NCBI GenBank assembly: GCA_963814125.1
Contig: CAWFBR010000003.1
Location: 167,864 to 231,863, forward strand
Direction: 5' to 3'
Length of the DNA: 64,000 bases
From: an uncultured Chloroflexia bacterium
Lineage (GTDB): Bacteria; Chloroflexota; Limnocylindria; Limnocylindrales; CSP1-4
Below, piece by piece: positions 27,839-37,692 of this stretch. The position numbers and the translations under genes were made by a program. The notes beneath the pieces were generated by a model that was not told the DNA's origin, did not search any database, and worked only from the letters and a program-made list of their open reading frames with translations. Positions within the stretch are counted from its first letter, which is position 1. The number at the start of each line of letters is the position of its first letter.

Positions 27839-28759
27839 CTACCTGACCAGCAAGCCCCACACGACCGCCAGCGCCCCCGCCAGCAGGAGCACGGCTGCCT
27901 CCTGGAGCAGCCGGCGGTTGTACAGGACCGGCTCCGGCGAGTCTCGCAAAAGCGTCACCACGTAGGCGACCAGCGTCAGCAGCGCCGGGCCGAAGAGTCG
28001 CGGGAGCGCCAGCGCGCGCAGCGAGGCTCCGGCGATGCCCACCGGCAAGGCGTATTGGCCGACGGCCAGGACACGCACGATCCGGTCGAATCGCGACGGA
28101 GAGGTTATGGAGGCGATCCGGTAGCCCACGAGGCCGCCGACGAGCATGTCGAGGGCCACGGTGGCGGCCAGCGCGGGCATGCTCAGCGACTCTCCGTCGC
28201 CGGCGATGCCGCCGGGAACGATACCTGCAATGGCGGCGAAGGCGACGAAAGCGAGGCCCAGCGAGGTCGCCCTCACGGCAACTGGCCGGGGGTGAGGCGG
28301 TGTCTCCGGACCGGCCTCGACCGGCTCGGCAACGATCTGAGGCAGGTCGAACTCAGCTCTCCGCCTGGGCCTCATGCGGACTGCCGGCGTGGGCGCCTGA
28401 AACGTGGAGAGGGCCGAGGCCTGGCCGTCCCCGTCTGCCGCCGCCGGAACCGACTCCAGGCTGACCACCCAGGTCACACCCACCCAGCCGGCCACGAAGA
28501 CGATGCCAAGCCACGGCACCGGCTCGGCGAGGCGGGCGATCCCCACGATCGAGAACGCGGCCAGGACCGGGAGAACGAGCGGGATGAGCGGCATCCGCCA
28601 CGGCCTGGCCTCTCCCAGGAGATTGCCCATGCCGAGTGCCGCGACGGCTGCGACGAGGACGGTGGCGCCGGCCGCCGGAGCGGAATCCACGAAGTGGACC
28701 AGAACGGCAAGCGCGGCGACGATCAGCCCCAGCTCAAGGGCTCTGTTGCGGTGCTGCAT
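27839..28759 (-). CDS. Multi-pass membrane protein of unknown function
   Basis: About 9 hydrophobic segments; ATG preceded by TACCAT-N6. Confidence 0.75.
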   Translation of the reverse strand: MQHRNRALELGLIVAALAVLVHFVDSAPAAGATVLVAAVAALGMGNLLGEARPWRMPLIPLVLPVLAAFSIVGIARLAEPVPWLGIVFVAGWVGVTWVVSLESVPAAADGDGQASALSTFQAPTPAVRMRPRRRAEFDLPQIVAEPVEAGPETPPHPRPVAVRATSLGLAFVAFAAIAGIVPGGIAGDGESLSMPALAATVALDMLVGGLVGYRIASITSPSRFDRIVRVLAVGQYALPVGIAGASLRALALPRLFGPALLTLVAYVVTLLRDSPEPVLYNRRLLQEAAVLLLAGALAVVWGLLVR

Positions 28760-28825
28760 TCGCGAATGGTACGCAACCGAGCCCAATGACGGGGAACGCG
28801 CTCCTCCGCGGCCGTGTAGCTACGG

Positions 28826-30694
28826 TCAGGCTCGAACGCGTGCCGGCTTGCCGGCGGTCCATTCGAGCAGCTCGGCGCGCGACCTGGTGTTCACAATTCG
28901 ATCCGGCTCGAGCCAGGCCCGCCGGGCCATCGCCGTCCCCCACCGCAGGTTGTCCAGCTCCTCGGTTCGGTGCGCGTCCGAGTCGATCGCGAAGATGCAC
29001 CCGAATTCGGCCGCCCGGCGCGCGCGAACGTCCGAGAGATCCAGGCGCTCGTCCGAACCGTTCAGCTCGAGAGCGGTGCCGGTGCGTGCCGCCTCCCGGT
29101 ATACGGAGTCCCAGTCCAGGTCGAGGTCGTCTCGGGAACCGATATACCGGCCGGCTGGGTGAGCGATGACGTCCACATGCGGGCTTCGGATCGCTGCCAG
29201 GGTCCGGGCGGTCAGCTGCTCACGGCCCTGGCGCCGCGCCACGTGTACGGAGGCAACCACCAGGTCGTAGGTCGCCAGCAGTTCGTCCGGGTAATCCAGG
29301 GCCGCGTCCGCCCGAATTTCCAGTTCGCAGCCGTGAAGAAGACGGAATCCCTCCGTCGCCGTCTCCGGGGGCGCCGTGCCCGCCGCCTCCTCGCGAGCGA
29401 ATTGCTCGTTGAGCGCGGCCACGATCCGCCGTTGCCGCTCCACACGCTCCAGATCGAGACCGCGGGCGATGGCCAGGCTGAGGGTGTGGTCCGTGAGGAC
29501 CAGGTAGGAATACCCGCGGCGACGAGCCGATCCGGCCATCTGCTCGATCGCGTGCACACCGTCCGACCAATCGGAGTGGCTGTGGCAATCGCCGCGTAGA
29601 TCGGCCCGGACCACGAGCCGGGGCAGCTTTCCCGCGAGCGCCGCCTCGATCTCGCCGCGGTCCTCGCGCAGCTCGGGCTCGATGAAGGGCAGGCCGAGGA
29701 ACCCGTATGCCTCCTCTTCGCCAGGGAAGGTTCGTAGCTCAGGCGCCGCCTTACCGGCGTCCGATTCCTCGGCCGCGCCTTCGGCAGCCGGCTCTCCGTC
29801 GTCGCCCAACCGGAGATAGCCCTTTTCCGAGAGGCTCCAACCGCGGTCCCGCGCCATGCCGCGAAGCCGGACGTTGTGCTCCTTCGAGCCCGTGAAATGG
29901 ATCAGGTACGTGCCGGCCTCGCCCGGCGGCATGATCATCAAGTCAACCTGTGGTCCTCGCAGCAGCCGAACCGCCGCCTTGCGCGGTCCCCTGGCGATTA
30001 CCGACTCGACCGCCGGAAGCCCCACGAACCGATCGACGAGTTCGAGGGGCCGGTCCGTTTCGGCCAGCAGGTCCAGGTCGCCGATCGTCTCGCGGCGGCG
30101 TCGGAACGACCCGGCCGGCTGGATTGAACGCAATCCCGGAACGTCCGCCAGCTCGGCCAGCATCGTCTCCACGATCGCTTCGGCCTGACCCAGGCGCATC
30201 CGATCCTGGCGGTTCTCGAGAGTCGCGATACCGGCCAGGACCTGCTGCTCGGTCTTCTCGGACATGCCCCGCAGGTCGCGCAACGCCCCCGCCTCAGCCG
30301 CCCGACGGAGATCCTCTAGGGTCTCGACGCCAAGCTCGTCGTGCAGCTGCCTGACGGTCCGCGGCCCAACTCCCGGGATGCCGAGCAGCGCAACCAGGCT
30401 CGGCGGCACCTCCTCGCGCAGGCGCTCGTAGAAGTCCAGGTGGCCGGTCCGGGCAAGTTCCTCGATCTTCCCGGCTATGGCGTCCCCGACGCCGGGAATT
30501 CGCGGCGGGTTGCCTTCTCGGTATGCGAGCGCGACCTCGACGGGAGAATGGGCGATGGCGTCCGCGGCCTTGTGGTAGGCCACGGTCTTGTAGACGATCT
30601 CGCCCTTGACCTCGAGCATGTCGCCGATCTCGTGGAAGATGCGCGCCAGCTCGCCGTTGGAGAGCGGCGTCGGGGCGGTCTCGGGGTCGTCCAT
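28826..30694 (-). CDS. polX: DNA polymerase X with PHP domain
   Basis: HhH motifs IPGVG, GSFRR, TIGDLD, QVD, FTGSKEHN, PHP motifs HSHSDWSDG, TDH, AHP, DSDAH. Confidence 0.93.
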   Translation of the reverse strand: MDDPETAPTPLSNGELARIFHEIGDMLEVKGEIVYKTVAYHKAADAIAHSPVEVALAYREGNPPRIPGVGDAIAGKIEELARTGHLDFYERLREEVPPSLVALLGIPGVGPRTVRQLHDELGVETLEDLRRAAEAGALRDLRGMSEKTEQQVLAGIATLENRQDRMRLGQAEAIVETMLAELADVPGLRSIQPAGSFRRRRETIGDLDLLAETDRPLELVDRFVGLPAVESVIARGPRKAAVRLLRGPQVDLMIMPPGEAGTYLIHFTGSKEHNVRLRGMARDRGWSLSEKGYLRLGDDGEPAAEGAAEESDAGKAAPELRTFPGEEEAYGFLGLPFIEPELREDRGEIEAALAGKLPRLVVRADLRGDCHSHSDWSDGVHAIEQMAGSARRRGYSYLVLTDHTLSLAIARGLDLERVERQRRIVAALNEQFAREEAAGTAPPETATEGFRLLHGCELEIRADAALDYPDELLATYDLVVASVHVARRQGREQLTARTLAAIRSPHVDVIAHPAGRYIGSRDDLDLDWDSVYREAARTGTALELNGSDERLDLSDVRARRAAEFGCIFAIDSDAHRTEELDNLRWGTAMARRAWLEPDRIVNTRSRAELLEWTAGKPARVRA

Positions 30695-30768
30695 TGCTCG
30701 AATGGTAGCCGGGGGACCGGCCGAGTCGGGCGCCGTCTCTCCCCCGTTCCGGCCGTCCGGATCCTCTG

Positions 30769-32178
30769 CTACTGGATCAGATCCGCGTGCCAGGCTTCCA
30801 CGACGCGATCCCGGCCGGTACGTTTGGCGGTGTAGAGAGCCTGGTCGGCACGCTCCACGATCCCATCCACCGTCTCGCCCTCGTTCTGTCCCGACGCCAC
30901 ACCCACCGATACGGTGATTCGGTCGGTCACGCCGGACTCGCTCAGATCCAGGTCGCGAACGCTCTGCCGGATTCGCTCCCCGATCTCCAGGGCGACCCCG
31001 GCGGAGGGATTCCGGAGCAAGACCACGAACTCCTCGCCACCGAACCGGACCGGCACATCCTCCTCCCGCACGGAGATCTGGATGGCATTGGCGATCGCCC
31101 GCAGCGCAACGTCCCCTACCTGATGTCCGTACAGGTCGTTGAGGCGCTTGAAATGGTCCACGTCCACGGCCAGGATCGCCACTCTATCGGTGGAGCGCCG
31201 GCGGCTGGCCAGGAGCTTGCAGTACTCGTCGAAGTAGCGGCGGTTCGGCAGCTGGGTGAGCTGATCCGTCCGCGCCTCCAATTCGGCGGCTTGATGCGAG
31301 TAAACGCGAGCAAGCGCCGCCGAGGTTTCGAACGCGGCACTCCTGAGCAACCGGCATGCCGCCTCCGGCCAGTTCTCGCCGGTCCGGCGAGAAAGCACGA
31401 TCGCGCCCGCGACCGACTGGCCCGCCTGGAGCGGGGCCGCCAGAGTGTTGCGCAGGCCGTAGGCGTCACGCAGCCGGCCGGCGATCCGATCGGCCACCTC
31501 CTGAGCCTGGGCCTCGTTCTGGACGAGCCCAGGAGTGCTCGGGCGCGTTCGGACGTTGTGGCGAAGATCGTTGGCGGCACCGGTCCCCTTGGATATGTGG
31601 TCGGGGTCATCGCGCCACACGGCCATCGGCTCGCCCGCAACGAGCCGGAACGGCGCGGCGCTGGAGGGCGGGTGCGGAAGCTCACGCAGGCGCCACGTAT
31701 CGCCCGCCTCGATCTGGCGCAATGGCATGACCGTGTTGGAGGTCGGGGCGCCCGGCAACATCGAAACAAAGGTCACGTCAAGGACGGAACCTCCCGGGCG
31801 AAGCCTGACCACGGCGACGTGGTCCGCCTCGGTTGCCGCGCCAAGCTCGTGCACGATCGCCTCCACCACGGCGTCCGGCGAGACCGATCGGGACAACGCC
31901 CGGACGATTCGGCTGAAGCTCTCCGCCTCGGAGTCTCGCCGCTCTACGAACATACCGGCGGCACGCGCGTTCAATACCGCCAGGGTGACGAGCACCGAGA
32001 TGGCGACGGCCAGGGCGAGGTCCACAACGCCAGTCCGGCCGCCGATGAACTCGACGGTAGCCCGTCCGACCAGCATCAGAACAGCGAGGCCGAGAAGCAG
32101 CCACGTAACCAGCGAGCGCAGATGCGCACCGGCCGTCTGTCTGCCGGCCGATTCCGGTGAACCGGGCGAGTTGATCAT
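30769..32178 (-). CDS. Membrane-anchored GAF-GGDEF diguanylate cyclase
   Basis: Two TM segments, GAF-like region, DQLTQLPNRR, DVDHFK, I-site REED, RFGGEEF. Start uncertain. Confidence 0.88.
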   Translation of the reverse strand: MINSPGSPESAGRQTAGAHLRSLVTWLLLGLAVLMLVGRATVEFIGGRTGVVDLALAVAISVLVTLAVLNARAAGMFVERRDSEAESFSRIVRALSRSVSPDAVVEAIVHELGAATEADHVAVVRLRPGGSVLDVTFVSMLPGAPTSNTVMPLRQIEAGDTWRLRELPHPPSSAAPFRLVAGEPMAVWRDDPDHISKGTGAANDLRHNVRTRPSTPGLVQNEAQAQEVADRIAGRLRDAYGLRNTLAAPLQAGQSVAGAIVLSRRTGENWPEAACRLLRSAAFETSAALARVYSHQAAELEARTDQLTQLPNRRYFDEYCKLLASRRRSTDRVAILAVDVDHFKRLNDLYGHQVGDVALRAIANAIQISVREEDVPVRFGGEEFVVLLRNPSAGVALEIGERIRQSVRDLDLSESGVTDRITVSVGVASGQNEGETVDGIVERADQALYTAKRTGRDRVVEAWHADLIQ

Positions 32179-32531
32179 GAGACTGTGTCCCGGGCGTGGA
32201 GGCGGTCTCCGCGGTGAATCGGTCACACCCTTCCTGGCAGGAACCCTTCTCCGGCTCGGAACTGCCCCGGCCCGAGATCGTTGACCCACCGGCTGAGCAC
32301 GGGCTAAACTCCGAACTGGTCCGAGGGTCAGTGTTCCTGTGCCCTCGTTGATCGTCAAGTCCCGCTTTCGGAGGATATCTCCCTCAGTGGAGCCCGGACC
32401 TAGTACCTCCGGCGCAAATTGCGCCGACATCCAAGGTTTCTCCTCCGTCCCCTAAGCGGTCGCGCCATCAGGCTCGCGCCACCGACGGGCGGTTGGACCC
32501 CCGCCCCAGAGACGCGATGTCGAGGTGGCAC

Positions 32532-33800
32532 ATGCTCTACCTGAGCCAGGCAATCGGCCGGCCCGTGCGCGATCAGGCCGGCGAGCCGATCGGGACCGTA
32601 GCCGACCTGATCGTGGCAATCGGCGATCGCTACCCGCCCGTGACCGGCATCGTGGTCAAGACCAATGGTCGCCAGATTTTCCTCCACTGGAGCTCGGTGG
32701 CCTCTCTGGACGCCAGCGGCGCCACGCTGGCCACGACCGCGATCGACATCAGCAAGTTCCATCAGCGACCCAACGAGATCGGCCTCAAGCAGGACCTGAT
32801 GGATCGACAGATCGTGGACATCGACGGCCGCAAGGTCGTTCGGGTCAACGACCTGCGGCTCGACGAAGTCGAGGGCGCCCTGCACCTGGTTGCGGTTGAC
32901 GTGGGGCCGTCGGGCCTATTGCGCCGGCTTGGGCTCGAATCGTCGTGGCGGACGCTTGCCAGAGGCCTGCACCGCGAGGTTCCCGAGCGCTACATCGACT
33001 GGGAGGACGTGGATCCGGTCGAGCGAACCATCGCCAGCGTCAAGCTGAGGGTCCCGCACAGGGGCCTGGCGGAGCTCCATCCGGCCGACCTGGCCACGAT
33101 CATCGACCAGCTGAGCCGCAGCGATCGCGTCGGCGTAATCACCTCCCTCGACGACGAGATCGCGGCCGACGCGATCGGCGAGATGGAGCCGGAGACGCAG
33201 GCCGACATCTTCGAAGACCTCGAGCCGGAGCGGGCGGCCGACATCCTCGAGGAGATGGACCCGGACGAGGCCGCCGACCTCGTGGCGGACCTCTCCGAGG
33301 AGACACGCGAGGAGATTCTCGGTCTGATGGAGAAGGACGAGGCCGAGGAAGTCCAGGAGCTGATGACCTACGCCGAAGACACGGCGGGCGGCATCATGAC
33401 CACCGAGTACGTGGCGGTACCGGCCACCCTCACCGCCGCCGAGACGATCGACCGGCTGCGCGAGCTCGAACCCACCGCCGAGACGATCTACTACGTCTAC
33501 GTGACCGACGACGAGAACAGGCTGGTGGGTGTGCTGTCGCTGCGCGACCTGATCGTGGCGAAGCCGTCCACGCGCATCTCCACGTTCATGCTCGAGGAGC
33601 CAGTAGTGGTGCGGACCGACGCCAGCCAGGAGAACGTGACGGAGGTCGTGGCCCGCTACAACCTGCTTGCGGTGCCGGTCGTGGACGCGGAGGGGCGCCT
33701 CGAGGGCATCGTCACCGTCGACGACGCGATGGATACCCTCCTACCTCAGCCTGCCTGGCGGCGACTGCCCCACATCTTCGGGCGCGGCTCGGATCGGTGA
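32532..33800 (+). CDS. MgtE cytosolic-domain protein (PRC-barrel + MgtE_N + CBS pair, no TM domain)
   Basis: MLYLSQ, DRQIVDIDGRKVVRVND, LHPADLA, TAGGIMT, GIVTVDD. Confidence 0.88.
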   Translation: MLYLSQAIGRPVRDQAGEPIGTVADLIVAIGDRYPPVTGIVVKTNGRQIFLHWSSVASLDASGATLATTAIDISKFHQRPNEIGLKQDLMDRQIVDIDGRKVVRVNDLRLDEVEGALHLVAVDVGPSGLLRRLGLESSWRTLARGLHREVPERYIDWEDVDPVERTIASVKLRVPHRGLAELHPADLATIIDQLSRSDRVGVITSLDDEIAADAIGEMEPETQADIFEDLEPERAADILEEMDPDEAADLVADLSEETREEILGLMEKDEAEEVQELMTYAEDTAGGIMTTEYVAVPATLTAAETIDRLRELEPTAETIYYVYVTDDENRLVGVLSLRDLIVAKPSTRISTFMLEEPVVVRTDASQENVTEVVARYNLLAVPVVDAEGRLEGIVTVDDAMDTLLPQPAWRRLPHIFGRGSDR

Positions 33801-35068
33801 AGTCCCCGGCCCTGAGCCTGACTCCGCGCGCCGTCAACCGCGTCCGTCTCGCGGCGATACTGGGCGTCCTGGGCCCCGGCCTGGTGAGCGGCTTTGCCGA
33901 CAACGACGCGGGCGGAATCTCGACCTACTCGGTCGCCGGCGTGAAGTACGGCTACGACCTGCTCTGGGTCCTATTGGCCAGCCAGGTCGTTCTCTTCTTC
34001 ACGCAGGAGGTTGGCGCACGGCTTGGGCTGGCCACCGGACAGGGCCTGGCGGGCCTGGTCCGCGAGCGCTACGGCGTGCGATGGGCCACTTTCATGATAA
34101 GCACGATGCTCGTGGCCAACGTCGGCTCGATCATCGCCGAGTTCGCCGGGTGCAGCGCGGCCCTGGGGCTATTCGGCTGGCCGAGTTGGGCCAGCGCCCT
34201 GCTCGCGGCAACGGTTGTCATGCTGCTGCTCACCCGCGGCAACTACAGCAAGGTCCAATACCTCTTCGTGGCGGTGGGCATCGGCGTTTCCCTCGCCTAC
34301 TTCGTCTCGGCGCTGCTGGCCAATCCGGACTGGGGCCGCGCCGCCAACTCGCTGATCGTGCCGCACCTGGCTTCCTCGCCGGTGTACTGGGTCGCCGTCG
34401 TGGCTACCGTCGGAACGACCATCACACCCTGGGGCCAGGCGTTCATCCAGTCGTACGTCGCCGACAAGCGCCTGGGCCCGGAGGATCTCGTCGGCGAGAG
34501 GCTGGATGTGGGCCTGGGCGCGCTACTGACGAACCTGATCGCGGGCCTCATCGTGGTTGCCTGCGCGGCCACTCTATGGTCCACGGGTCAGACGAACGTG
34601 GCGGACGTCGGGTCGATCGCCCTCGCGCTGAAACCGCTGGCCGGACCCGGCGCCACGGTGCTCTTTGCAGTCGGATTGCTGGCTGCCTCGTTCCTTGGGC
34701 TCGGCGTCGTCCCACTCACGAGCGCTTATGCCACCTGCGAAGCCTTTGGCTGGGAGACAGGCGTGGACTGGCGGTGGCGAGAGGCCCCCGCTTTCTACAG
34801 CCTGCTGACCTTCTTCGTCGTCTTCGCCGCCCTTTTCGTCCTGGTCGTCCCCGCCAGCGGGCTGATTCAGCTGATGATCTCGGCCCAGGTCGTCAACTGC
34901 CTCCTGCTGCCGTTCGTGCTCGTCTTCGTGATGCGCCTCTCCACGGACGCGGAGTTGATGGGTCCGCTCGCCAGCGGACGCTTCTTGTCGACCGTGGGCT
35001 GGCTCGGCACGGCGCTGCTGATCGTGCTCTCTCTGACGCTGGTCGTGACGTCCGTGTTGGGGCTGTAG
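33797..35068 (+). CDS. Nramp-related (NRMT-type) divalent cation, probably Mg2+, transporter
   Basis: GPG...ADNDAGG, QE..ARLG..TG.GL, GTTITPW; GTGA overlap with the upstream gene. Confidence 0.88.
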   Translation: MKSPALSLTPRAVNRVRLAAILGVLGPGLVSGFADNDAGGISTYSVAGVKYGYDLLWVLLASQVVLFFTQEVGARLGLATGQGLAGLVRERYGVRWATFMISTMLVANVGSIIAEFAGCSAALGLFGWPSWASALLAATVVMLLLTRGNYSKVQYLFVAVGIGVSLAYFVSALLANPDWGRAANSLIVPHLASSPVYWVAVVATVGTTITPWGQAFIQSYVADKRLGPEDLVGERLDVGLGALLTNLIAGLIVVACAATLWSTGQTNVADVGSIALALKPLAGPGATVLFAVGLLAASFLGLGVVPLTSAYATCEAFGWETGVDWRWREAPAFYSLLTFFVVFAALFVLVVPASGLIQLMISAQVVNCLLLPFVLVFVMRLSTDAELMGPLASGRFLSTVGWLGTALLIVLSLTLVVTSVLGL

Positions 35069-35108
35069 CGCCCCGGAGCTGGTCCGCGACCACCGCGGCG
35101 GCGAGCCG

Positions 35109-36308
35109 CTACGGCCGGGTCTGAACCTGCGTGTCGCGACTGCGCCCCTCGTCGGGCAGGCCCCGGTCCAGCAGGCCCCGAATAAATCCCAGGCCATAGG
35201 CAGCGTGGATCACCGGGAACACCAGTACCGTCCGCCACGTGCTGGCGCCATGCTCGGCCGCCGTCTTGCGAGCTTCGTAGATCGCGATCGCGCAGTAGAC
35301 CACGGCCGCCGCGGCCGTCGGGATGACCATCGGACGCCAGATGATCGACGCCAACACCCCGACCACGGCTCCGCCAACCGCGAGCGAGGGGACCGCGTGG
35401 TGCAACCTCAGGTAGGCCGGCAGGCCCAGCCTTGCCACCGCCACCTTCCAACGCCCATAGCGGAAGTGCTGGCGAAAGAGCCCGGCCAGCGTCTCGCGCG
35501 GCCGGTACGACACCTCCACGCCGGGGTCGTACCACACCAGGCCACCCGCGGCACGGACGCGGGCGTTGAACTCGTCGTCCTCGTTGCAGGCCAGGTCGGT
35601 GTTGAAACCGCCCAACCTTTCGAACATGAGTCTGGCGATGAAGCCGGGGAACGCCGAATCCGCGGGGCCTACCTCTGCGCCGTGGTGCTGAACGCTGGAG
35701 CCGACTCCGAACGGGCATGACGTTGCCGCGGCGATTGCCCGGCCCCAGGGCGTCCGAGCCACCTTCCGCACCCTGGCGCCCACGTTGGCAGCCCCGGTGA
35801 CGTGCGCGGTGGCCACCATGCGATCCAGGTAGTCGTCGGGCAACCATGTGTGCGCACTGACAACGGCCAATCGCTCACCGCGAGCCTGGCGCGCGATCAG
35901 GTTGAGTCCCGGGCTCATGGTCTTGACCTTGTTCACATAGGTATGGATGTCGAGCCCGACGGGGAAGATGACCGGGTCGATCGGCTTGTCCGATCCGTCG
36001 GCGATGAGGATCTCGAAGCGGCTGCGGGGGTAAGTCTGCCGCGCCAGCGACGCCAGACACTCGATCAGCTCCTCCGACTCGCCACGAACCGGCAGAAGGA
36101 CGGAGATGAAGGGGCGACGCGACAACGCCGAAGCCTTCGTGTCCTTGGTTTCCGGGCCGAGCCGTGCGCGTGGGCGGGCCGGAGCGCGGCGAGGGCCAGC
36201 CTCCGATAGGCGGTCGGCGGTCGCGGGCCGCGGCTCCTCCGGTCCTCGTCGTGCGCCGGCGCCGACAAGTGGTTGGTCCTCGGCGACGGTACCTGCGCCC
36301 TGGCTCAT
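35109..36308 (-). CDS. GT2 glycosyltransferase (ExoA-like)
   Basis: SVLLPV, IADG, VSAH, GGF....NEDDEFN, LFRQ.FRYG.W. Confidence 0.87.
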   Translation of the reverse strand: MSQGAGTVAEDQPLVGAGARRGPEEPRPATADRLSEAGPRRAPARPRARLGPETKDTKASALSRRPFISVLLPVRGESEELIECLASLARQTYPRSRFEILIADGSDKPIDPVIFPVGLDIHTYVNKVKTMSPGLNLIARQARGERLAVVSAHTWLPDDYLDRMVATAHVTGAANVGARVRKVARTPWGRAIAAATSCPFGVGSSVQHHGAEVGPADSAFPGFIARLMFERLGGFNTDLACNEDDEFNARVRAAGGLVWYDPGVEVSYRPRETLAGLFRQHFRYGRWKVAVARLGLPAYLRLHHAVPSLAVGGAVVGVLASIIWRPMVIPTAAAAVVYCAIAIYEARKTAAEHGASTWRTVLVFPVIHAAYGLGFIRGLLDRGLPDEGRSRDTQVQTRP

Positions 36309-36428
36309 CGCGGCGCTCCATCCCTCGCCCAGGCTCGTCCTCTTAGGCACTCTTATGTGACCAAGCACAGGGCCGCGCCAGTATATTCGCTGGCCGCGTC
36401 CTCGGTCCGGCTTCTTTACAATTGCCCG

Positions 36429-37685
36429 ATGCGCCCGCTCCGGATCACGATGCTCCTGTACGGGGAGATCGAGCACGATTCCCGTGTCCGGCGCGAGATG
36501 GGCACGCTCGTCGACCTGGGGCACGAGGTGACCGTGGCCACACTCTACGGCCACGCCCGTCCGCCATTCGAGCTGGACGGAGCCCGGATCGTTCCTCTTC
36601 GCCCGGCCCACCGGGGGCTCATGCCCGGCGACGACAGCCCGTTCCTCGGCGATCGCAAAGGCGGCCGGCCTGGCCGGCTCGGCCGCCTCATGGCTCGTGG
36701 CCGATGGGCCGCCGGCTACGCCACGACCTTCTTCTACTGGCGCAGGGCGGCCGTCCGCCACCTGCCGCCCGCGGACGTCTGGCACGGCCACGATCTGCTG
36801 GGCCTGCTGACCGCCCGGACACTCCAGAAGCGACACGGCGGCGGGCTGGTTCACGACAGCCACGAGCTCTTCCTGGAGGCTGGCTCGGCGGCGCGATTGC
36901 CCTCCCCGGCCCGGCGGCTGCTCTTCAGGATGGAGCGCGGCGCCAGCCGCGAAGCCGACGCGGTCATCACCGTCAACAAATCCATCGCCGAGGAACTCGA
37001 GCGCCGCTACGGCGTGCGACCCGTGGTGCTGATGAACTGCCCGCCGCTCGGGCAGGCCCGCAAGAAGGGCAGGCTGCGCGACCATCTGGACCTCGGCAAT
37101 CGACCGATCGTGCTCTTCCACGGCGCCCTCAGCGCGGGCCGCGGGGTCGAGCAACTCGTCGACTCTCTGCCACTCCTTCCGGCAGAGGCCGCCCTGGTAT
37201 TGCTGGGTTACGGGGAGCTCGCCGCGCCCTATGCCGCGCTGGCGGCGGAAGAGTCGCATCGAGGCCGGCTCTTCGTCCTGCCCGCCGTACCCATCGCCGA
37301 CCTGCCCGACTGGGTCTGTGACGCCGACGTGGGGGTCATCGCATTCCAGCCGGTGGACCGCAACAACGTCCTCGGCACTCCGAACAAGCTCTTCGAGTAC
37401 CTGGAGGCCGGCGTACCGATGGTGGTGAGCGACTTCCCAGAGATGCGCCGACTCGTCGAAGAGACGGGTGCCGGGATAGCCCGTGACACTTCGACGGCAG
37501 CATCGCTGGCCGCCGCCATACGCGAGCTCCTCGACGAACCGCGCTCCCAGCGCAAGGCCCGGAAGCTGAACGCACGCCACGCGGCTGAGACGACGTACAA
37601 CTGGGCGGCCCAGTCCCGGCGGCTGGTCGAGATCTACTCGCGCCTTGGCGAGAAGTACGGGACGGCGAGTCCGAACCGGCGGTAG
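36429..37685 (+). CDS. GT4 glycosyltransferase
   Basis: DSRVRRE, HGHD, DSHE, PNKLFEY..AG.P. Confidence 0.9.
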   Translation: MRPLRITMLLYGEIEHDSRVRREMGTLVDLGHEVTVATLYGHARPPFELDGARIVPLRPAHRGLMPGDDSPFLGDRKGGRPGRLGRLMARGRWAAGYATTFFYWRRAAVRHLPPADVWHGHDLLGLLTARTLQKRHGGGLVHDSHELFLEAGSAARLPSPARRLLFRMERGASREADAVITVNKSIAEELERRYGVRPVVLMNCPPLGQARKKGRLRDHLDLGNRPIVLFHGALSAGRGVEQLVDSLPLLPAEAALVLLGYGELAAPYAALAAEESHRGRLFVLPAVPIADLPDWVCDADVGVIAFQPVDRNNVLGTPNKLFEYLEAGVPMVVSDFPEMRRLVEETGAGIARDTSTAASLAAAIRELLDEPRSQRKARKLNARHAAETTYNWAAQSRRLVEIYSRLGEKYGTASPNRR

Positions 37686-37692
37686 CCTTCAG

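Noticed and set aside
32180-32531. M-box (ykoK) riboswitch before the Mg2+ transport genes
   Set aside because: The conserved TAGGTGAGGCT...ACGCCAATGGG elements were not found by eye. An Infernal scan would be needed to exclude it fully.
4294-37580. Long N-terminal extensions in the ORF track (hoxF to 8166, hoxY to 4142, GT2 to 37580, NRMT from 32945, ankyrin from 18901)
   Set aside because: The extensions overlap neighbouring real genes. Internal starts with stop/start coupling or an RBS fit better.
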